This document shows positions 58,808 through 64,000 of a stretch of DNA of 64,000 nt, piece after piece. Every line of letters begins with the position of its first letter. Positions within the stretch are counted from its first letter, which is position 1. The stretch spans positions 15,668 to 79,667 of the forward strand of contig CAJTUF010000013.1 of the NCBI GenBank assembly GCA_910579675.1. The letters run 5' to 3'. Origin of the DNA: an uncultured Muribaculaceae bacterium (GTDB lineage Bacteria > Bacteroidota > Bacteroidia > Bacteroidales > Muribaculaceae). Below the pieces are notes generated by a model. The model did not search any database. It was not told the origin of the DNA and worked only from the letters and a program-made list of their open reading frames with translations. The translations under genes were made by a program, and so were the position numbers.

Positions 58808-59980
58808 ATGATTCATCACCTTGTAAGATCAGCTATTATAATAATCTCGCTCATTGCGGCAGCCTCGCCGCTCACAGCGGGACAGGATGTCTCATTGCCC
58901 GACACAGCAGCACCAAGCCACCGGTCTGGCGGACTGATAGGTAAGATCAAGCGATATCTGAGTGAATCAAACGAGCCGCGCCCATCAAAGAAATTCGACA
59001 TCAGCTTTATCGGCGGCCCGCACTATGCTTCCGATACCAAATTCGGCATAGGATTGGTGGCATCGGGCACATATACCCGAAATCTTGCCGACACCCTCAC
59101 CCCTCGATCCGATGTAGCCCTCACGGCCGATGTGTCGACTGTAGGGTTCTATATGCTCGGCATCCACGGCAATCACCGCACCATGGCCGACCGTGTGAGA
59201 CTCGTCTACGACTTCCGGTTCTACTCCTTCCCCACCTACTACTGGGGCATAGGCTACGAAGCCGGAAACCGTGGCGACGAATACCGGTCGAAATATCTCG
59301 AGTTTTCGTTTGGCGGAAATCTCAGAGTGCTAAGCCGGGTAGCTCCCGGAGTATACATCGGCCCCGCCTTCGGCTTCAAGTGGCTAAGAGCCAAAAAGCC
59401 CCGTAAGCCCGAACTATGGGAGGGACAGAAACTCAAGACGGTTTGTCTCGGTGTGGGGCTCAGCCTCCAGTACGATACCCGCGACAACCTTACAGCTCCC
59501 ACCCGAGGATTGCTACTCTCGGCCGAGCAGCGGTTCTATCCCAGATTCATGGCCTCGCCATATTCTTTTGCCTCGACCGAGATCACCCTTTCAGGCTACT
59601 ACAGCGTGTGGCACGGAGGCATTGTGGCCTCCCGCATCCACGCCATGTTCAGCTATGGCAAAGTGCCCTGGAGCATGATGCCAACATTTGGCGGGAGCTA
59701 CACCATGAGAGGCTACTACGAAGGGCGCTACCGCGACTACGACGCTGTGGATCTCACCGTGGAGTTGCGTCAGAACATATATGGCCGCTGGGGTGGAGCC
59801 GTGTGGGTTGGCGGAGCCTCTGTGTTTCCTCGGCTCGATAAGTTCAGCCTCGGCAAGGTGCTGCCTGAAGTGGGCATAGGTTTGCGATGGGAGTTCAAGA
59901 AGGCCTCAAACGTCAGACTCGACTATGGCCTGGGACGCCACTCGTCGGGGTTCGTATTTTCGATCAACGAAGCTTTCTAA
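58808..59980 (+). CDS. BamA/TamA (Omp85)-family outer-membrane beta-barrel lacking POTRA domains
   Basis: YDTRDN, MRGYYEGRYRD and G.GLRW; C-terminal INEAF; signal peptide. Confidence 0.85.
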   Translation: MIHHLVRSAIIIISLIAAASPLTAGQDVSLPDTAAPSHRSGGLIGKIKRYLSESNEPRPSKKFDISFIGGPHYASDTKFGIGLVASGTYTRNLADTLTPRSDVALTADVSTVGFYMLGIHGNHRTMADRVRLVYDFRFYSFPTYYWGIGYEAGNRGDEYRSKYLEFSFGGNLRVLSRVAPGVYIGPAFGFKWLRAKKPRKPELWEGQKLKTVCLGVGLSLQYDTRDNLTAPTRGLLLSAEQRFYPRFMASPYSFASTEITLSGYYSVWHGGIVASRIHAMFSYGKVPWSMMPTFGGSYTMRGYYEGRYRDYDAVDLTVELRQNIYGRWGGAVWVGGASVFPRLDKFSLGKVLPEVGIGLRWEFKKASNVRLDYGLGRHSSGFVFSINEAF

Positions 59981-60110
59981 CCAGGTTTTTATGCTCCCCA
60001 CATCCACATAAAAAAAACTTAAGGGCCGCTCCTTTGTTGTAATTACACCATATGACCTCTCCTCTGCAATAGTCTCTCCAAGTTCCATTCATAAACCAAC
60101 TCCCTGCAAC

Positions 60111-61823
60111 GTGACACGCAATGCCCGAATCACATACTGGTGGTCGCTCGTAGCCATAATGGTTCCGAATGTCGCACTGTGTTTCACCGAACACTACACC
60201 CTCCTGCAGAACGCCACAAACATCATTCTGCCCCTCGGGCTTGTGTGGCTTCTGATGTCGCTAACCCGTCGGGTGGGAGTGGCGGTGTGGAGTCTGTTTA
60301 TCCTCATTTTTCTCGCCGCTTTCCAGATTGTGCTTCTCGATCTCTACGGTCGGTCGGTGATTGCCGTGGATATGTTTCTCAACGTTGTCACTACCAATGC
60401 CTCCGAAGTCGGCGAGCTTCTAAGCGGACTATTGCCGGTGATAGCTCTCGTGGTCGCCATCTACCTTCCGCCGCTCATCATGGCATCTGTGGCAATTGTG
60501 CGCGGCGAGCTCATAAGCAGCTCAATGCAGGCCAATTGCCGACGGCTGTCGCACCTCACCCTCGTCATGGGTATTATCCTCCTGGGCCTCTCCATGGTGT
60601 CGGCAACCCCATACCGGCCTCTCCGCCAGCTCTATCCACTCAATGCTGTATATAACCTTGCTCTTGCCATGGAGCGCTCTCACTTCCAGACCGGCTATCC
60701 GGCCTCGGCAACCGGCTTCAGCTTTCACTCTGAGGCTGTCGACCCCGAGCCTTCAGTGACCATGATTGTAATAGGCGAGACCTCGCGTGCCTCGTCGTGG
60801 CAGCTCTTAGGTTATCATCGCCCCACCACACCCCTCCTCTCGGGTCGCGACGATATCGTGGCATTTCCTCTTACACTATCACAAAGCAATACAACCCACA
60901 AAAGCGTACCCCTGATGCTCTCGCACCTCGACGCGAGAAGTTTCGGCGACTCCATCTTCAATGTCAAGAGCATTATCTCTGCCTTCAAGGAGACGGGGGC
61001 CCGCACTGCATTCATATCCAATCAGGAGAGAAACGGGGCCATGATCGACTGCTTCGGTGAAGAGGCTGACCTATGTGTGTTTCTTGCCGATAGCCTTCCC
61101 CACAGCCGAACTGATCTTGATCTTCTGCCCATTGTGGAAAAAGTGATCGAAGCTGACCCCGGCGACCGCAATATGCTTATAGTGGTCCACACCTATGGGT
61201 CTCACTATGAATATGATGACAGATACCCGGAGTCGATGGCTCGATTCACACCAGCCGGACCGCTTGAAGCCGACCCTGACTGCCGTGAAATGCTCATCAA
61301 CGCCTACGACAACTCCATCACATTGACCGACAAGGTATTGGACTCCCTCATTACCATCCTGGAGAAGCACAATTCCAAAGCATCGCTCATCTACACCTCC
61401 GACCATGGCGAAGATATCTACGACGATAGCCGCAGCCTGTTTCTCCACGCCTCTCCCATCCCTACTTATGAACAGCTCCACGTGCCTCTCATTATGTGGA
61501 TGAGCCACTCCTTCCGTGCAGCCTATCCCCAGCGCTATCTTGCCGCAGTAGCCAACAGCCACCGTCCGGTAGCTTCGAGTGCATCCATATTTCCTACAGC
61601 TATGCAGTTGTCCGGGCTCCACTCACCTTGTGTCGATCCAACATTGTCGTTGGTCAGCAATTCCTACACTCCCGTCGACTATATGTATCTCGACGATCAC
61701 AATGAAGCAGTCAGCCCGTCAATGGCGGGGTTCGACCGCTACGACATAGCCCGGATCGACTCGCTCTACACCTCTCAAATGCTTCCAGGCGTCATACAGC
61801 CTATAGTGTCGCGCCGCAAATAA
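60111..61823 (+). CDS. Phosphoethanolamine transferase (EptA/MCR-like sulfatase superfamily)
   Basis: About 5 N-terminal TM helices; VIGETSR, SNTTHKSVP (catalytic Thr), HTYGSH and YTSDHGE. Confidence 0.9.
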   Translation: MTRNARITYWWSLVAIMVPNVALCFTEHYTLLQNATNIILPLGLVWLLMSLTRRVGVAVWSLFILIFLAAFQIVLLDLYGRSVIAVDMFLNVVTTNASEVGELLSGLLPVIALVVAIYLPPLIMASVAIVRGELISSSMQANCRRLSHLTLVMGIILLGLSMVSATPYRPLRQLYPLNAVYNLALAMERSHFQTGYPASATGFSFHSEAVDPEPSVTMIVIGETSRASSWQLLGYHRPTTPLLSGRDDIVAFPLTLSQSNTTHKSVPLMLSHLDARSFGDSIFNVKSIISAFKETGARTAFISNQERNGAMIDCFGEEADLCVFLADSLPHSRTDLDLLPIVEKVIEADPGDRNMLIVVHTYGSHYEYDDRYPESMARFTPAGPLEADPDCREMLINAYDNSITLTDKVLDSLITILEKHNSKASLIYTSDHGEDIYDDSRSLFLHASPIPTYEQLHVPLIMWMSHSFRAAYPQRYLAAVANSHRPVASSASIFPTAMQLSGLHSPCVDPTLSLVSNSYTPVDYMYLDDHNEAVSPSMAGFDRYDIARIDSLYTSQMLPGVIQPIVSRRK

Positions 61824-61855
61824 TTTGGGTATTTGGTGATAAATGGTTAACTTTG
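61824..61855 (+). promoter_or_regulatory. Bacteroidetes sigma-A promoter
   Basis: TTTG (61824-61827), 20 nt, TAACTTTG (61848-61855). Confidence 0.7.
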
Positions 61856-61895
61856 CGGTGGCGCTGACATATCCGGCGCCTCTTTTATCCGGTTT

Positions 61896-62897
61896 ATGAT
61901 TCTTCATCGCATACTCCACATTGTTTTTTTGGCAGTGTCAGTGCTTGTCTCGGCATGCACTGGCCGCTCGACCGCTTCATCGGCCACTCCCTCCTCATCC
62001 GGCGCTCCCGCCGCAGTGAGTGTGCCCCGTTTCTCGGCCGACTCCGCCTATGCCTATGTGGCATCGCAGGTTGAAATGGGTCCCAGAGTGCCGGGATCAA
62101 AGGCTGCCGCCAATTGTGCCGAATGGATTGAGGCAACGTTGCGCCGACATGGCGCCGATACAGTGATAGTGCAGCGTACCACTCTCCCCGATCCTATGAA
62201 TCCATCGCGCTCGCTGCCAGTGGTCAATATCCTCGGCCGCTTCAACCCGCAAGCCAAAAGTAAGGTGATGCTTGCAGCTCACTACGACACGCGCCCTGTG
62301 GCCGATGAAGAGAGCGACGCCTCGCGCGCCTCCACTCCTATTCCCGGCGCCAACGACGGAGGCTCCGGTGTAGGCGTAATGCTCGAGCTGGCCCGCATGA
62401 TAGGAGCCGACAAGCCTAAGACCGGAGTAGATCTACTGTTTGTCGATCTCGAAGACTCCGGCTCAAGCGCCAACGATGATTCCTGGTGTCAGGGCTCACA
62501 ATATTTCGCAGCCAATCTGCCTTACGAATCAATCGCCGACACCCCGGCAGCAGCCGTTGTGCTCGACATGGTAGGCGCTCCCGGCGCACGCTTCCACCGC
62601 GAGGCGTTTTCCGACCACTACGCCCGCCAGTTGGTCGACCGTGTGTGGACTGCCGCACGTGCTGCCGGTTATGCCGACCGCTTCCCCGACGAAGGGGGCG
62701 CCCCGATTCTCGACGACCATCTGCCGCTCATCCGAGCAGGTATCCCCGCTATCGACATCGTTGAAAACCGGTCGGAATCTACCGGATCATTTCCTGCCGC
62801 ATGGCACACCCTCGACGACAACATGAGCAACATCGACCGCTCCACACTCCAGGCCGTGGGGCAGACTGTGGCCCATTTCATTTACAATTACCGCTGA
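61896..62897 (+). CDS. M28 family lipoprotein, probable glutaminyl-peptide cyclotransferase
   Basis: Lipobox VSAC; AAHYDTRP, GANDGGSG, DLEDSG, ILDDH and WHTLDD. Confidence 0.82.
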   Translation: MILHRILHIVFLAVSVLVSACTGRSTASSATPSSSGAPAAVSVPRFSADSAYAYVASQVEMGPRVPGSKAAANCAEWIEATLRRHGADTVIVQRTTLPDPMNPSRSLPVVNILGRFNPQAKSKVMLAAHYDTRPVADEESDASRASTPIPGANDGGSGVGVMLELARMIGADKPKTGVDLLFVDLEDSGSSANDDSWCQGSQYFAANLPYESIADTPAAAVVLDMVGAPGARFHREAFSDHYARQLVDRVWTAARAAGYADRFPDEGGAPILDDHLPLIRAGIPAIDIVENRSESTGSFPAAWHTLDDNMSNIDRSTLQAVGQTVAHFIYNYR

Positions 62898-62920
62898 CCA
62901 CCCCCTTTTCCACCACCGAC

Positions 62921-63346
62921 ATGAACACCATAGAAGATACTCAGGAAGAGATCATCGACGATTTCAGCGCCATTGACGACTGGATGGACCGCTATGCCAT
63001 GATCATAGACATGGGAAACGCCCTTCCGCCTATCGACAACGCGCTCAAGACTCCCGACCGGCTCATCGACGGATGCCAGAGCCGTGTATGGCTCGACGCC
63101 CGCACCGACAGCGAGGGACACATCCATTTCACCGCCGATTCCGACGCCATAATAGTAAAAGGCATCATCGCCATGCTTATCAAAGTGCTCAACGGCCACA
63201 CCCCCGACGAGATACTCAATGCCGATCTCCATTTCATCGCCGATATAGGCCTGGCTGAAAACCTCTCCCCTACCCGATCAAACGGCCTGCTGGCCATGAT
63301 CAAGCAGATGCGCGCCTACGCCCTTGCATTCAAGGCCCGCGGCTGA
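62921..63346 (+). CDS. sufE: Fe-S cluster sulfur-transfer protein SufE
   Basis: IDGCQSRVW, ADSDAIIVKG and LSPTRSNGL. Confidence 0.95.
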   Translation: MNTIEDTQEEIIDDFSAIDDWMDRYAMIIDMGNALPPIDNALKTPDRLIDGCQSRVWLDARTDSEGHIHFTADSDAIIVKGIIAMLIKVLNGHTPDEILNADLHFIADIGLAENLSPTRSNGLLAMIKQMRAYALAFKARG

Positions 63347-63413
63347 TCCCCCTTCCATTCCCATCTATCTATCCCACTTTTAAACAGATCTTTTTAACCC
63401 AATCATCAATATC

Positions 63414-64000
63414 ATGTTTAAAAACCAACCGGCCGGCCTCTACGTGCTGTCGCTTGCCAACACCGGCGAGCGTTTCGGCTACTACACCATGCTGGCGATT
63501 TTCCTGCTCTACTTGCAGGCTAAGTTTGGCTTCGACTCCACAGTTTCAGGCCAAATTTATGCCATATTTCTCGCTCTTGTCTACTTCATGCCGCTCATAG
63601 GTGGCTGGGTGGCCGACAAATGGAGCTTCAACAAATGTGTGGTGACCGGCGTCGTCGTGATGTTTGCCGGTTATGCCGTGATGTCTGTCCCCACCGACAT
63701 ACGCTCCACTGCTTCACTCGTCATTCTCTGCTGCGCCCTGGCTCTCATCGCCATAGGCACCGGCCTCTTCAAAGGCAACCTGCAGGTAATGGTGGGCGAC
63801 CTCTACAACAATGCCCGGTTCTCGGGTCAGCGCGATGCCGCCTTCTCCCTCTTCTACATGTTTATCAACATCGGCTCAATGTTTGCACCCATGGCCGCCA
63901 CCGCCATGACCAACATTGCCCTCAAGGCTGAAGGCTTTTCTTACGTAGGCCAGCTCCCCGCGCTCTGCAACGCCTATCTCGACGGACAAGGCAACGGTGC
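63414..64000 (+). CDS. Proton-dependent oligopeptide (POT/PTR) MFS transporter, 3' truncated by window
   Basis: Translated by hand from ATG 63414 (absent from the ORF track because it has no stop): MFKNQPAGLYVLSLANTGERFGYYTM..., GGWVAD, GTGLFKGN and FYMFINIG. Confidence 0.9.
   Translation, partial: MFKNQPAGLYVLSLANTGERFGYYTMLAIFLLYLQAKFGFDSTVSGQIYAIFLALVYFMPLIGGWVADKWSFNKCVVTGVVVMFAGYAVMSVPTDIRSTASLVILCCALALIAIGTGLFKGNLQVMVGDLYNNARFSGQRDAAFSLFYMFINIGSMFAPMAATAMTNIALKAEGFSYVGQLPALCNAYLDGQGNG

Overview
This is a mostly core-genome segment of a GC-rich Bacteroidales chromosome. Muribaculaceae-like origin is my inference from gene content, protein style and TAnnTTTG promoters. It holds about 50 CDS. 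Housekeeping genes include nadC, rlmH, metF, holB, an AddB-like nuclease, hemW, uvrA, cysK, gdhA, hslR-pth-rplY, aroC, ybaK, mutAB and sufE. There is a contiguous type IX secretion operon (porT-porP-porK-porL-porM-porN) ending in a possible SecB-like gene. Also present are a stand-alone SusC/SusD pair, host-glycan enzymes (GH29, GH109), a YtrA-type GntR/ABC operon, a phosphoethanolamine transferase and a glutaminyl cyclase. The most striking accessory feature is at 20.77-23.0 kb. There, an HUH/Y1 REP-associated tyrosine transposase (RAYT) is flanked by inverted copies of a 24-bp REP-like hairpin (GGAGCGTAAGCCTCCGGCTTGCGA). Next to it, a low-GC beta-propeller lipoprotein gene is bracketed by two direct copies of the same hairpin. 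This is a candidate RAYT/REP gene-capture (cassette-like) system. No tRNA, rRNA or CRISPR array was seen. All calls were made by eye without database searches.
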